From the NCBI GenBank assembly GCA_041489255.1, contig JBGPQV010000026.1:1-33395 (forward strand): a DNA stretch of 33,395 bases, written 5' to 3'. The position numbers were made by a program, and so were the translations under genes. The notes below the pieces were generated by a model. The model made no database searches, was not told the origin of the DNA, and worked only from the letters and a program-made list of their open reading frames with translations. Origin of the DNA: Thermoplasmata archaeon. GTDB lineage: Archaea; Thermoplasmatota; Thermoplasmata; RBG-16-68-12; JAFNFQ01. The number at the start of each line of letters is the position of its first letter. The first letter of the stretch is position 1. This document shows positions 24,418 through 33,395 of the stretch, one piece after another.

Positions 24418-25518
24418 ATGGCCAGAATCGCGACCATCATAGGGACCAGACCCGAGATAATCAAGATGGCTCCCGTGGTCAAAGCAATCGACAGACTCGA
24501 CCACAAGCACATCCTCGTGCACTCGGGTCAGCACTATGACCTGATGATGGACGGGATATTCTTCAAGGAGCTGGGGCTCAGGGATCCCGACTACAAGTTC
24601 GAGATCAAGGACCTCCCTCCCCATCGACAGATAGCGTCGACGATCGAGCGTGTTGGCGAGATTGTGCGCGACGTCGACCTCGTGATTGTGCAGGGCGACA
24701 CCAACACGACACTTGCGGGGGCGATCCTCGCGAACAAGCTGGGCAAGCCTGTCGGGCATGTGGAGGCTGGCATCCGCTCCTATGACAAGACGATGCCCGA
24801 AGAGGTCAACAGGATCCTGACCGACCAGATGTCCACGATGCTCTTCTCCCCGACCGCCACGGCGAAGCGCAACCTCCAGCGCGAGAACATCAACAAGGGC
24901 GTGCACGGCGTGGGCAACTCCGTCGTCGACGCGCTAATCCAGAACATCAAAACAGCCGAGGAGAGGACGAGTCCACTCAAAAGATTCGGAGCTGATTCGC
25001 GCTCCTACTTCCTCGTCACGCTCCACCGCGCCGAGAACGCTGACAATCCAGGAAAGCTGAGGTCGGTCCTCCTCTCGCTCTCCAAGATTGCACAGCAGCA
25101 CGGAAAGACGGTCCTCTTTCCGATACACCCCAGGACGAGGAAACGCGTGGAAGAATTCGATCTGCAACTTCTTCTCGACGCCAGAGGACTGGAGGTAGTC
25201 GACCCCATCGGCTATTTCGACATGCTCATTCTCGAAAAGAACGCCGCTCTGATTCTGACCGATTCCGGCGGCCTCCAGGAGGAGGCGTGCATATTGCACG
25301 TCCCATGCGTCACTCTGCGCGAGAATACTGAGAGGCCGGAGACGCTGAGCATCGGCTGCAACGTCTTGGTGGGGACGGACGCGAAGAGAATCGAGGTCGC
25401 GGCGCGCAGGCAGCTCAAGATATCGACGAAGTGGAGGAACCCCTACGGGAACGGGACCACGGGCGAAAAGATTGCCACCCTGGTGAGCAGGTTCCTCGCC
25501 CGGAGAGGCTCAGCGTGA
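24418..25518 (+). CDS. wecB: UDP-N-acetylglucosamine 2-epimerase (non-hydrolysing)
   Basis: GTRPEIIKMAP, HSGQHYD, VQGDTNT, HVEAGIRS, MPEEVNR, TLHRAEN, TDSGGLQEEA, LRENTERPE, NPYGNG. Confidence 0.95.
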   Translation: MARIATIIGTRPEIIKMAPVVKAIDRLDHKHILVHSGQHYDLMMDGIFFKELGLRDPDYKFEIKDLPPHRQIASTIERVGEIVRDVDLVIVQGDTNTTLAGAILANKLGKPVGHVEAGIRSYDKTMPEEVNRILTDQMSTMLFSPTATAKRNLQRENINKGVHGVGNSVVDALIQNIKTAEERTSPLKRFGADSRSYFLVTLHRAENADNPGKLRSVLLSLSKIAQQHGKTVLFPIHPRTRKRVEEFDLQLLLDARGLEVVDPIGYFDMLILEKNAALILTDSGGLQEEACILHVPCVTLRENTERPETLSIGCNVLVGTDAKRIEVAARRQLKISTKWRNPYGNGTTGEKIATLVSRFLARRGSA

Positions 25519-26657
25519 AGATGCATTACGTCTCGCCCCACTTCTATCCCGAGATCGGCGGGGTCGAGGACCACGTGCTCCGCCTCGGAAGACACATGGT
25601 TGTCGAGGGGCACGAAGTCACGGTACACACGTCGAGGATTAATCTCTTCGGCGCCTCGCTCCCGCAGCAGGACACAATAGACGGCATCATGATTCAAAGG
25701 TACACGCCAGGAATGAGGCTGGGATACTATGCCACCACGTTCAGGCCAAGGATAGGCGCGGGGGACATCCTGCACTGCCACGGCTATGCCTTCCTTCCGA
25801 ACGACTTCGCAGTCCGTCATTATCATGGGAGGATGGGGACGGTCTTCACCACGCACCACGGGGTGAGGATGACGCCGCCAAACCTACGCGCTCGCATGAT
25901 GAGGCGGTTCTACGACCTGCGTGGGCTCGGGACATTGAGGAAGGCGGACAGGGTCTTCACTTCATCGCAGGCTGACAAGCAGTGGTTGATCGAGAGGAAT
26001 GTCATCCCCCGGAAGATCGAGGTCGTGCCGGACGGGATCGCCGACGATGCGTTCATCCCAGGGGCAAAGGCGTTCGCCCAGCGCCACGGGCTCACCAACT
26101 ACGTCATGTTCCTGGGGCGGGTGCACTGGGAGAAGTGCATCGATCATCTTCTGAGTGCGGTTGCGAAGACCAACAGGCGGAACCTGCAGGTGGCGGTGGT
26201 GGGTCCGGACGCAGGCGCCATGAACGAATTGCGTCAGGTTGCCGAGAAGCTGGGGATTCGTGATTCTGTCAAGTTCATCGGACAGGTGTCGCAGGACGAG
26301 AAGAAGGGCCTCCTGGCAGGTTGCGCTCTGCTTGCCCTGCCCAGCCTCTACGAGGCACAGGGCCTGGTGATCCTGGAAGCGTGGGCGCAGGGCAAACCGA
26401 TAGTGGCATCGAGGGTTGGAGGCGTTCCCGACATGGTCGAGAATGGCGTGAACGGCCTATTGTACGACTGGGGGGACATTGACGAGCTCGCGGCATCGAT
26501 CTCCGAGATTCTCGATGATCCTGCATACGCGACGAAGCTGGGGGAGGCCGGGAGGACAACCGCCAGCGAACGCTACAGGTGGTCATCTGTCGCGGAGAGG
26601 ATCGAGGTCATCTACGCCTCCGTGCTGGCGGAGAGGCCTTTCAGACATAAGATATAA
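25515..26657 (+). CDS. Family 4 glycosyltransferase
   Basis: FYPEIGGVE, FLGRV..EK, PSLYEAQGLVILEAWAQGKP. GTGA overlap with wecB. Confidence 0.92.
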   Translation: MKMHYVSPHFYPEIGGVEDHVLRLGRHMVVEGHEVTVHTSRINLFGASLPQQDTIDGIMIQRYTPGMRLGYYATTFRPRIGAGDILHCHGYAFLPNDFAVRHYHGRMGTVFTTHHGVRMTPPNLRARMMRRFYDLRGLGTLRKADRVFTSSQADKQWLIERNVIPRKIEVVPDGIADDAFIPGAKAFAQRHGLTNYVMFLGRVHWEKCIDHLLSAVAKTNRRNLQVAVVGPDAGAMNELRQVAEKLGIRDSVKFIGQVSQDEKKGLLAGCALLALPSLYEAQGLVILEAWAQGKPIVASRVGGVPDMVENGVNGLLYDWGDIDELAASISEILDDPAYATKLGEAGRTTASERYRWSSVAERIEVIYASVLAERPFRHKI

Positions 26658-26693
26658 AAGCCGCCGGACTCTTCGAGAGTCCCGAGTCCACAC

Positions 26694-27716
26694 ATGCTCA
26701 TCAGAAGCAAGGCCCCTCTACGCGTCAGTTTTGCGGGCGGAGGCACGGATGTCTCACCCTACCCGGAGGAGCGCGGCGGGTGCGTCATCAGCGCTACCAT
26801 AAACAAGTACGCCTACTGCACCCTGCGCCCCCGCCAGGACGACAAGATAGGCGTCACCTCCCTGGACTACGACACCACGGCCGAGTTCAGGAAGGACCAG
26901 GAGTTCGTTTTCGACGGAAAGCTCGACCTGATAAAGGCGGCCATCGGGAGCTTCAAGGCGCCCACGGGTTTCGATCTCTTCATACACTGCGACGCCCCGC
27001 CAGGCTCCGGCCTCGGCGCGTCCTCGGCAATCGTGGTGTCCATGGTCGGCGCGATGAAGCATTGGCTCAACATGCCCATGTCGGATTACGACATCGCCGA
27101 GACGGCGTTCACGATCGAGAGGGAGAAGCTCGGCATCAAGGGCGGCAGGCAGGACCAGTATGCCGCAGCGTTCGGTGGCTTCAACTTCATCGAGTTCGCC
27201 AAGAACAAGACCGTCGTCAACCCGCTGCGAATCAAGGAGGACATCGTCGACGAACTCCAGTATCGCCTCTTGATGTGTTACACAGGCAGGACCAGGATGT
27301 CCAGCAACATCATCCAGGAGCAGGTGAAGGGCTTCGTGGATCGCAATGTCGCCGTCGTCGAGGCGCTCGACGCGACGAAGGATCTGGCCATCGAGATGAA
27401 GAACGCCCTGCTGATGGGCAGGCTCGACGACGTGGGCAAGCTCATGCACAGCGGTTGGATGGAGAAGAAGAAGTTCGCCGGCGGTGTGTCGGACGAGCGG
27501 ATCGACGCGATCTATGACGCGGCGATGAGGACGGGAGCCCTTGGCGGGAAGATTACCGGGGCGGGCGGCGGGGGTCACATGATTTTCCTGTGCGAGTTCG
27601 AGAAGAGGCACTTGGTCGCCAGGGAGCTGGAGGAAGCCGGAGCCGTCGTGTCCTCCTTCGCATTCGACCCTCGGGGAATGAGGACATGGATAGGGGTGGA
27701 GGCGAAAGAGCGATGA
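26694..27716 (+). CDS. hddA: D-glycero-alpha-D-manno-heptose 7-phosphate kinase (GHMP kinase)
   Basis: APLRVSFAGGGTD, PPGSGLGASS, GGRQDQYAAAFGGFN, GGKITGAGGGG. Adjacent to gmhA and gmhB. Confidence 0.88.
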   Translation: MLIRSKAPLRVSFAGGGTDVSPYPEERGGCVISATINKYAYCTLRPRQDDKIGVTSLDYDTTAEFRKDQEFVFDGKLDLIKAAIGSFKAPTGFDLFIHCDAPPGSGLGASSAIVVSMVGAMKHWLNMPMSDYDIAETAFTIEREKLGIKGGRQDQYAAAFGGFNFIEFAKNKTVVNPLRIKEDIVDELQYRLLMCYTGRTRMSSNIIQEQVKGFVDRNVAVVEALDATKDLAIEMKNALLMGRLDDVGKLMHSGWMEKKKFAGGVSDERIDAIYDAAMRTGALGGKITGAGGGGHMIFLCEFEKRHLVARELEEAGAVVSSFAFDPRGMRTWIGVEAKER

Positions 27717-28288
27717 AGGAAACAGATGTGGTCAAGACGCGACTGAAGGAAAGCGCGCGGCTCAAGGAGAAGATGGCGATAGATGCCGCAATGATTGTGA
27801 GGGTCGCGGACGCGATCAGCAGCGCGTTCCGCGCGGGCCACAAGGTGCTCCTGTTCGGCAATGGAGGCAGCGCTGCCGACGCTCAGCACATAGCCGCCGA
27901 GCTCGAGGGCAGGTTCAAGAAGGACCGAAGGCCGCTCCCCGCCATCGCTCTGACGACCAACACATCCTCGCTCACCGCGATCGGCAACGACTACGATTTC
28001 GACGATGTGTTCTCGCGGCTCGTCAGGGCGCATGCGCGCGAGGGCGATGTCGTCATCGGCATCTCGACCAGTGGGACCTCGGAGAACGTGGTCAGGGCAA
28101 TCAAGGCGGCGAACGAGCTGAACGCGTTCTCCATCGCCCTGTGCGGGGAAGGCGGGAAGCTCAAGTCCCTTGCCGACCTGACCTTGGCGGTCCCGTCGAA
28201 GGACACACCGCGTATCCAGGAAGTCCACATCACCCTCGGGCACATCATCTGCGAGCTCGTGGAGGAAAAACTGTTTGGCGGGAAGTAG
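27713..28288 (+). CDS. gmhA: Phosphoheptose (sedoheptulose-7-phosphate) isomerase
   Basis: GNGGSAADAQHIAAEL.GRF, TAIGNDY, ISTSGTS.NV, RIQEVHI..GH. ATGA overlap at 27713. Confidence 0.95.
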   Translation: MKETDVVKTRLKESARLKEKMAIDAAMIVRVADAISSAFRAGHKVLLFGNGGSAADAQHIAAELEGRFKKDRRPLPAIALTTNTSSLTAIGNDYDFDDVFSRLVRAHAREGDVVIGISTSGTSENVVRAIKAANELNAFSIALCGEGGKLKSLADLTLAVPSKDTPRIQEVHITLGHIICELVEEKLFGGK

Positions 28289-28826
28289 ACGGGCGGTCTT
28301 CCTCGACCGCGACGACACGCTCTGCAAGGATGTCCCGTATTGCAGGAGACCCGAGGACCTCCACCTCCTGCCGGGGGCTGGAGAGGCCGTCAGTAGGCTG
28401 AACAAGGCCGGCTTTGCAGTCGTCATAATCACTAACCAGTCAGGCATCGGCCGCGGCTGGCTGACCGAGGACACCCTCAAGTCGATCCATGAGAAGATGA
28501 AGAGGGACCTGGCATCGTTCGGGGCCACAGTGGACGGCATCTACCATTGTCCGCACAGGCCGGACGAGGGGTGCGAGTGCAGGAAGCCCAAACCGACGAT
28601 GGTAGCCAAAGCCGTGAGAGAGATGGGCCTGGACCCGGGGGGCTCGTACACGGTCGGGGACAGGCTCATGGATGTGCAGCTGGGGAAGAGCTCGGGGACC
28701 AGGGCGATTCTGGTGCGCTCGCACACGCCGGCAGAGGAGCTGGCCGACGCAGAACGGCTGGCCGACCATGTCTCCCCCGACCTGGACGCGGCGGTGGACT
28801 GGATTCTCTCCTTCGAGCGCAAATAG
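28275..28826 (+). CDS. gmhB: D,D-heptose 1,7-bisphosphate phosphatase (HAD IIIA)
   Basis: VFLDRDDT, TNQSGIGRG, CPH...C.CRKP, VGDR..DV. Confidence 0.9.
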   Translation: MAGSRRAVFLDRDDTLCKDVPYCRRPEDLHLLPGAGEAVSRLNKAGFAVVIITNQSGIGRGWLTEDTLKSIHEKMKRDLASFGATVDGIYHCPHRPDEGCECRKPKPTMVAKAVREMGLDPGGSYTVGDRLMDVQLGKSSGTRAILVRSHTPAEELADAERLADHVSPDLDAAVDWILSFERK

Positions 28827-28882
28827 GTTTATGCACTCCGCGTTTCTTCGCACCCCATCGACATCCTGAGCGCGTGGTCGAA

Positions 28883-29977
28883 ATGCGAGTCGCAATTGTC
28901 AGATCGAAGAGCCCCGCGGGAATCGAGCCGCGCGTGGATAGGGAAGCTAGGGCGCTCGCGAGGGCGGGGCACGAGGTCCACGTTCTCCTCTGGGACAGGA
29001 AGCTCGAGTACGAGGCGGAGGAGAAGCGTGAGGACTACGTGATCCATCGATGTCGCACCCCCGCTCCGGAGGGTCAGATCGGTCTCGTCCCGCGGATGGC
29101 TCGTTGGTGGTGCTGGGAGATCAGAACGCTCCTGCGTCTGCGGCCAGATGTCGTGCACTCCTGCGATTTCGACACGGCCTTGCCTGCCGCTTTCTACGCG
29201 AAGCTCAAGGGGAGACGCTTCGTCTACGACATATTCGACTTCTATGCCTACATGATCGCGCAGCCGCTCGGACCCGCCACACGTGGCACGCTGGCGAGGT
29301 TTGAGCGTTATGCGGTGAATCTTGCCGACCTCGTGATTCTTGCGGACAAGGCACGCGTTGTCCAACTCGGTGCTGGGTTCAAGGGGCGAATTGTGGAAAT
29401 AATGAACGTCCCCGAAGAAGTCCCCGTCCAGGAGGCCGAAGAGCCGGACTTCACCGTGTTCTATGGCGGGATGCTCTCCGAAGAGAGGGGGCTGAGGCAG
29501 CTGGTCGAGGCGACTGCGATGGCGGAGGTGAAGCTCGTCGTGGCGGGACACGGCGCGGATGAAGCATCGCTCGTTCCTCTCTTCCAGAAGAGCCCCCATG
29601 TCAGGTTCCTCGGCAGCATACCGTACGCGGATGTGCTGAAATGGACCGCGAGGTGCCAGTTGATCGCTGCTCTCTACGATCCCGCCATTACGAACAACCG
29701 CCTCGCGTCGCCCAACAAGCTCTTCGAGGCGATGATGCTCTCCAAGCCTGTCGTGACGAACAGCGAGATCATGCCGGCTGAGACGGTGGAGGGCGTGGGG
29801 TGCGGCTTCGTGGTGAAGTATGGGGACATTCAGGGACTCGCGGATGCGCTGCGCCAGCTGGCCGCCAGCCCCGCGATGCGGCGGGAGATGGGGGCCAGGG
29901 GACGGATGGCGTTCGCGGAGAGGTTCAACTGGCCGGCCATGGAGAAGAGGCTCGTTGCTGCCTATGCCTCCCTCTAG
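28883..29977 (+). CDS. Family 4 glycosyltransferase
   Basis: PRV.REA.AL...G.EV.V, VHSCDFDT, ASPNKLFEAM...KPV. Start ATG 28883 (MRVAIV). Confidence 0.9.
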   Translation: MRVAIVRSKSPAGIEPRVDREARALARAGHEVHVLLWDRKLEYEAEEKREDYVIHRCRTPAPEGQIGLVPRMARWWCWEIRTLLRLRPDVVHSCDFDTALPAAFYAKLKGRRFVYDIFDFYAYMIAQPLGPATRGTLARFERYAVNLADLVILADKARVVQLGAGFKGRIVEIMNVPEEVPVQEAEEPDFTVFYGGMLSEERGLRQLVEATAMAEVKLVVAGHGADEASLVPLFQKSPHVRFLGSIPYADVLKWTARCQLIAALYDPAITNNRLASPNKLFEAMMLSKPVVTNSEIMPAETVEGVGCGFVVKYGDIQGLADALRQLAASPAMRREMGARGRMAFAERFNWPAMEKRLVAAYASL

Positions 29978-30036
29978 AGGACTTCACTTTCTTATAGCCC
30001 CTCGAACCTACCATCGGTGAGACTGGGAGACAGCAC

Positions 30037-30855
30037 TTGGAGCGACTGCAGGGAGTCGAAGGTGTCAGGCCGACAGCCTTCTCGACCGCGTACACTTATC
30101 ACAAGATGAAGAGCATCGTCCAGGATTTCGTGGGCGAAGCGATCTCCGGCGGCGGACGAGTACTCGACGTCGGCTGCAACAGGGGATACGACCTGTTACG
30201 CCTTTCCGAGACATATCGATCGCCTGACCTGAGGTTGTATGGCTTGGACGTGTCCCGCGACGACGTGCGCGTGGCTGTCGAAAGGGCGAATTCGGCCAAG
30301 AAGCCCGAGTCCTTCGCTTTTCTTCTGTCAGTGGTGGAGAAGATACCTTTCCGCGACGATGCGTTCGATGCCATAATCTGTTCCGAGGTCGTGGAGCATC
30401 TGCCAGATCCCGATGCCGCCCTGCGCGAGATCTCCCGGGTGCTGAGACCGGGCGGCGTGCTGGCTCTGACGACTCCGAACCCGGGCAACAGGCTGCACAA
30501 GCTCCGCAAGTTCCTTCCGGGGGACATCAGGGCGAAGACCGACGAGTGGCGGGAGATGCAGCACGAGATCGACAAAAACAGGAGAATGGCCGTGGGGGTG
30601 AACCTCCCCCATATCTCTGAGCTGAGCGCGAAGGAATGGTGCGAGAAGTGCCGCGCTGCAGGGCTCCAAGTGACGGACGTGAGGAGAGGCAGCCTGCTCT
30701 TCGGCGACCCATACCTGGAGGGCCACCCGGTCCAATGGGCGGCGGCGGTGATGGCGGACAGGTTGCTTGACCGCATTTCGAACGACTGGTCCTGGCAGGT
30801 CCTCATCAAGGCGAGGAAGGGGGCCACAACAACTGAGGAGGCACGCGTTGTCTGA
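30037..30855 (+). CDS. Class I SAM-dependent methyltransferase
   Basis: VLDVGCNRG, GLDVS, PFRDDAFDAIICSEVVEH, RVLRPGG...TTPN. Start uncertain (TTG 30037 or a later ATG). Confidence 0.88.
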   Translation: MERLQGVEGVRPTAFSTAYTYHKMKSIVQDFVGEAISGGGRVLDVGCNRGYDLLRLSETYRSPDLRLYGLDVSRDDVRVAVERANSAKKPESFAFLLSVVEKIPFRDDAFDAIICSEVVEHLPDPDAALREISRVLRPGGVLALTTPNPGNRLHKLRKFLPGDIRAKTDEWREMQHEIDKNRRMAVGVNLPHISELSAKEWCEKCRAAGLQVTDVRRGSLLFGDPYLEGHPVQWAAAVMADRLLDRISNDWSWQVLIKARKGATTTEEARVV

Positions 30856-30869
30856 GGTACGGTGATTCG

Positions 30870-32033
30870 ATGAGAGTCTGCATGATCCTGCGGGCCGACC
30901 TCTACCGTCCATGGCCCATCCTCAGGGCGGCCCGGGAAGTCGAACTTCTGAGATTGCAGGGAAAGGATGTGACCGTCGTCTCGTGGATCAAGGATGAGAA
31001 CTCCGCACTCCCGCCGCTCGAGGTAGGCGAAGGGGTCGAGACGAGGCGTGTCTTCCTTGTCCCGCCAAAGTCGATACTGCTGAGGTTCCCCGCGTTCCTG
31101 AGATCAAACAAGCTGCTCGCCAGAGAAGTCATCGACGCCAGGCCGGATGCTCTGGTTGTCCACGACCTCGAAGTCCTTAGGGCGGGGGTGCTCGCAAAGA
31201 GGAGGCTGGGAGTGCCGCTGGTGTACCACGCGCACGAGGATTGGCCCGCCATGGTTTCGGAGAGGAGCAGACTGGAAGCAAAGATCTTCTCGTTCCTCGA
31301 GAAGAGGTACTGCAGGAGAGTCGACAGTGTACTCGTCCCCAGCGAAGGAATCGGGAGGAAGTATCGCGAATGGGGTCTGAAGGTGACTGTGCAGTATGCG
31401 TCCAAGAGCTTGGCCGACCTGCCGGATATCACGCCGGACAAGCGAACGAAACTTCGGGCACGCTATGGCTTCATTGGAAGTGATCTGGTAGTCGGTCTGG
31501 CTGGTTCGCTCGGGCGCGCGGAGGCATTCAACAACATCCTGGCGGCGATGAAGGAGCTCCCGCCTGCGGTGAAGCTGCTCGTCGTCGGCGGGCTGGAGGA
31601 GAAAGTCAAGGCAGCGGAGAAGTCAGCAGCGTCCAAGGGCCTGACAGAGCGTGTGCGGTTCACCGGGCTCTTGGACGCGGTCCCCTATATGGAACACGTC
31701 GGAGCGCTCGACGTCGGCCTCGCCCTCTTCATCGGCGGGACGCTGAACGTCATTCAAGTTGCCCCGATCAAGCTGTTTGATTACATGGCGATGGGCGTGC
31801 CAGTGGTCGTGAGCGACTTGCCCGCCATGAAGAAGATAGTCGAGGAGTGCGGTTGCGGAGTCACCGCCAACTCGGAGGATCCTCGCTCGATAGCCTCGGC
31901 GATCAAGACGTTCCTCGAGCATCCGAATCAAAGGGCGCAGGCGTCCCGGATGGCCAGGCTTGCCTTCGAGTCCAAATTCAGCTGGGAGCGGCAACAGATC
32001 GCGTTGAAGGAATCAAGCCCTGTTTTCAAATAG
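30870..32033 (+). CDS. Family 4 glycosyltransferase
   Basis: HDLE, VYHAHE, APIKLFDYMAMGVPVVVSD, FSWE. Confidence 0.9.
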   Translation: MRVCMILRADLYRPWPILRAAREVELLRLQGKDVTVVSWIKDENSALPPLEVGEGVETRRVFLVPPKSILLRFPAFLRSNKLLAREVIDARPDALVVHDLEVLRAGVLAKRRLGVPLVYHAHEDWPAMVSERSRLEAKIFSFLEKRYCRRVDSVLVPSEGIGRKYREWGLKVTVQYASKSLADLPDITPDKRTKLRARYGFIGSDLVVGLAGSLGRAEAFNNILAAMKELPPAVKLLVVGGLEEKVKAAEKSAASKGLTERVRFTGLLDAVPYMEHVGALDVGLALFIGGTLNVIQVAPIKLFDYMAMGVPVVVSDLPAMKKIVEECGCGVTANSEDPRSIASAIKTFLEHPNQRAQASRMARLAFESKFSWERQQIALKESSPVFK

Positions 32034-32056
32034 AGCCGATCTGACTGCGGTATTGA

Positions 32057-32335
32057 TCAGACAATGGTCGAGAACCTCTTGACGAAGAATTCGAACCAGA
32101 ACGGGAATTCCGCACCACGCGGAATCATGCGGTCCAGCGTCTTGATCCAGCTTCCCCGCCAATTGGTGCGCCTGACCTGAGCCGCGCAGAGCGTCTGGTA
32201 GATGCTCATCTTATCCACTGTAGAATCGTGCGAGTCGCAAGCCACCCTGCAGACGACCGCCGCCTTCTCCGAGGCCATGACGCCTTGGTCGATGCCCGAG
32301 CCGATCCATGGATTGACGAACCCGGTGGCATCGCA
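32057..32335 (-). pseudogene. C-terminal remnant of a geranylgeranyl-reductase-family flavoprotein
   Basis: CDATGFVNPWIGSGIDQGVMASEKAA resembles the GDAAGFVNP..G.GI..A..SG..AA FAD motif. The N-terminal Rossmann fold (GxGxxG) is absent. Confidence 0.6.
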
Positions 32336-32368
32336 CGGTCCTTTCAACCGGTCCAGACGCAGTCTGGC

Positions 32369-32740
32369 CTAGGTGTGCGTATGCGTCTCCTCAGGTCTGC
32401 CCCAGTACTCGTCCGGAAGGGAATTGTAGAGGGGTTCATGGCCAAGCTCCTCGACCTCTGTGAGCACGCGTTCCAGATCGCTCTCGTTGAGCTCCCAGTA
32501 GAATATCCGCCAGTGCTTCCCCGAAAGGAGGAGGATGGTCTCCCAGGATGTCCTGAGCAGTCCCGCGTCGTGAAGTCTGTAGAACAGCTGCCTGTCCGGC
32601 TGGTCCAGCGCATTGTCGACTATGAAGTTCTCGAATCCGAAGTAGTTCATGACCCGTTGTGAGATCTGACTTGATTCGTCTTGCCCGATCTTGAGGCACT
32701 TCTGCAGTGCCTTGCTCAGCTTGTCTATAGTAACGCTCAT
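32369..32740 (-). CDS. Conserved Thermoplasmata hypothetical protein (DUF6015-like, probable winged helix)
   Basis: V.N.FG....I.DN.L...DR.LFY.L...GLL....E...L..GK.WRI.YW.L...Y..LP...W pattern, recalled from DUF6015-type proteins and not verified by search. Confidence 0.7.
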   Translation of the reverse strand: MSVTIDKLSKALQKCLKIGQDESSQISQRVMNYFGFENFIVDNALDQPDRQLFYRLHDAGLLRTSWETILLLSGKHWRIFYWELNESDLERVLTEVEELGHEPLYNSLPDEYWGRPEETHTHT

Positions 32741-32761
32741 TTTACTCTGCCCGAGATAAGC

Positions 32762-32795
32762 ATATTATATTGTCACCGCGGACTATAAGGATTTT
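32762..32795 (-). promoter_or_regulatory. TATA-like elements upstream of DUF6015-like gene
   Basis: Minus strand AAAATCCTTATA (32784-32795) and AATATAATAT (32762-32771). The 12-mer AAATCCTTATAG also occurs at 23483-23494 upstream of the GT2 starting at 23461. Confidence 0.5.
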
Positions 32796-32833
32796 GCCAA
32801 TACATGTCAGCGGACGGCCCTTTGGCGGGCCTG

Positions 32834-32881
32834 AAAAAGGAATAAAAGGTAAAGGTGGAGACGGCTTGCGTGGCCTTCTCC
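32834..32881 (-). terminator. Hairpin plus pyrimidine tract terminator
   Basis: Minus strand GGAGAAGGC...GCCGTCTCC followed by ACCTTTACCTTTTATTCCTTTTT, just after the stop at 32900. Confidence 0.55.
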
Positions 32882-32899
32882 TTCATCCGTTTTCGGTGT

Positions 32900-33394
32900 C
32901 TACATGTCTATCGGGATGACTTCCATGTCCATTCCTGGGTACATGAAGGTGGACGGGTACGGTTTTGTCACGTCATCGTCCATCACTATCAATGTAACAT
33001 ACAGGAAGTAGGGCATTTGGCCTTCCGCGAATTGGTGGTTCACGCTGTCGAGGGCTCTGATCGGGTCGTACTCGGGTGTCCTGATGCTGTTGTCAGCGAA
33101 GATGAACTTCTGCTCCATGTACGGCAGCAGGTCGAACATGTCGCTCGCCGCAAAGGTGTAGAAGACGCCCGGGTGCGCGAAGATGTGGATGTCGTACGGC
33201 GTGAAGTCGCTCCAGATCCAGGCGAATGCGAGGTCGTCGCTGCCGGGGTCTGACGCCAATGCCTCGAAGGTCAGCGGGCTGCCGATCGCCAAGGCCTTGA
33301 ACTCCTTGTTGCCGATTGTCCACACCGATGCTCCGTCGTTGCTGTTGAAGGTGTGCCTGAGCTCCTTGATCTTCCCGTCGGGGAATTCCCCTGA
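32900..33394 (-). CDS. 3' end of PKD-type secreted protein (truncated by window end)
   Basis: Frame is open to the window edge: SGEFPDGKIKELRHTFN...LTFEALASDPGSDDLAFAWIWSD...VTLIVMDDD. Homologous to the C-terminus of 13697..15793. Confidence 0.8.
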   Translation of the reverse strand, partial: SGEFPDGKIKELRHTFNSNDGASVWTIGNKEFKALAIGSPLTFEALASDPGSDDLAFAWIWSDFTPYDIHIFAHPGVFYTFAASDMFDLLPYMEQKFIFADNSIRTPEYDPIRALDSVNHQFAEGQMPYFLYVTLIVMDDDVTKPYPSTFMYPGMDMEVIPIDM

Positions 33395-33395
33395 G

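Noticed and set aside
32057-32740. Pyrrolysine/amber readthrough fusing the DUF6015-like gene to the in-frame GGR remnant
   Set aside because: The frames do coincide across the TAG at 32369. However, TAG is a normal stop for many genes here (crotonase, gmhA, gmhB, GT4s), no pyl genes are visible, and the fusion makes no structural sense.
33380-33391. Perfect 12-bp palindrome GGGGAATTCCCC
   Set aside because: Lies within coding sequence (GEFP) and has no second copy.

Overview
GC-rich archaeal chromosomal window. PriS, rpl18a/LX-pfdA-ftsY, TATA/BRE promoters and a DUF6015-like protein point to Thermoplasmatota. From left to right it contains: the 3' end and right terminal repeat of an IS481-type element; a zinc-ribbon membrane protein and a CARDB surface protein; a minus-strand polyhydroxyalkanoate operon (phaB, a long 29-aa-repeat PhaE/phasin-like gene, short phaE, class III phaC, crotonase); and a very large 1802-aa Lhr helicase whose C-terminal half is a repeated winged-helix/AlkZ-like module. 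An accessory interval follows (12.5-16.5 kb) with a small orphan gene flanked by a structured leader, a hairpin terminator and a 21-bp phased repeat array, plus a secreted propeller-PKD protein and a truncated beta-helix gene. Next come priS coupled to a membrane TPR-HhH gene, rpl18a-pfdA-ftsY-PIN, and a ~10 kb surface-glycosylation cluster (two GT2, wecB, three GT4, hddA-gmhA-gmhB, a methyltransferase). The window ends with a geranylgeranyl-reductase-like remnant, a DUF6015-like gene and the 3' end of a second PKD-type protein. No rRNA, tRNA or CRISPR array was seen. All family calls come from motif recognition by eye; no searches were run.
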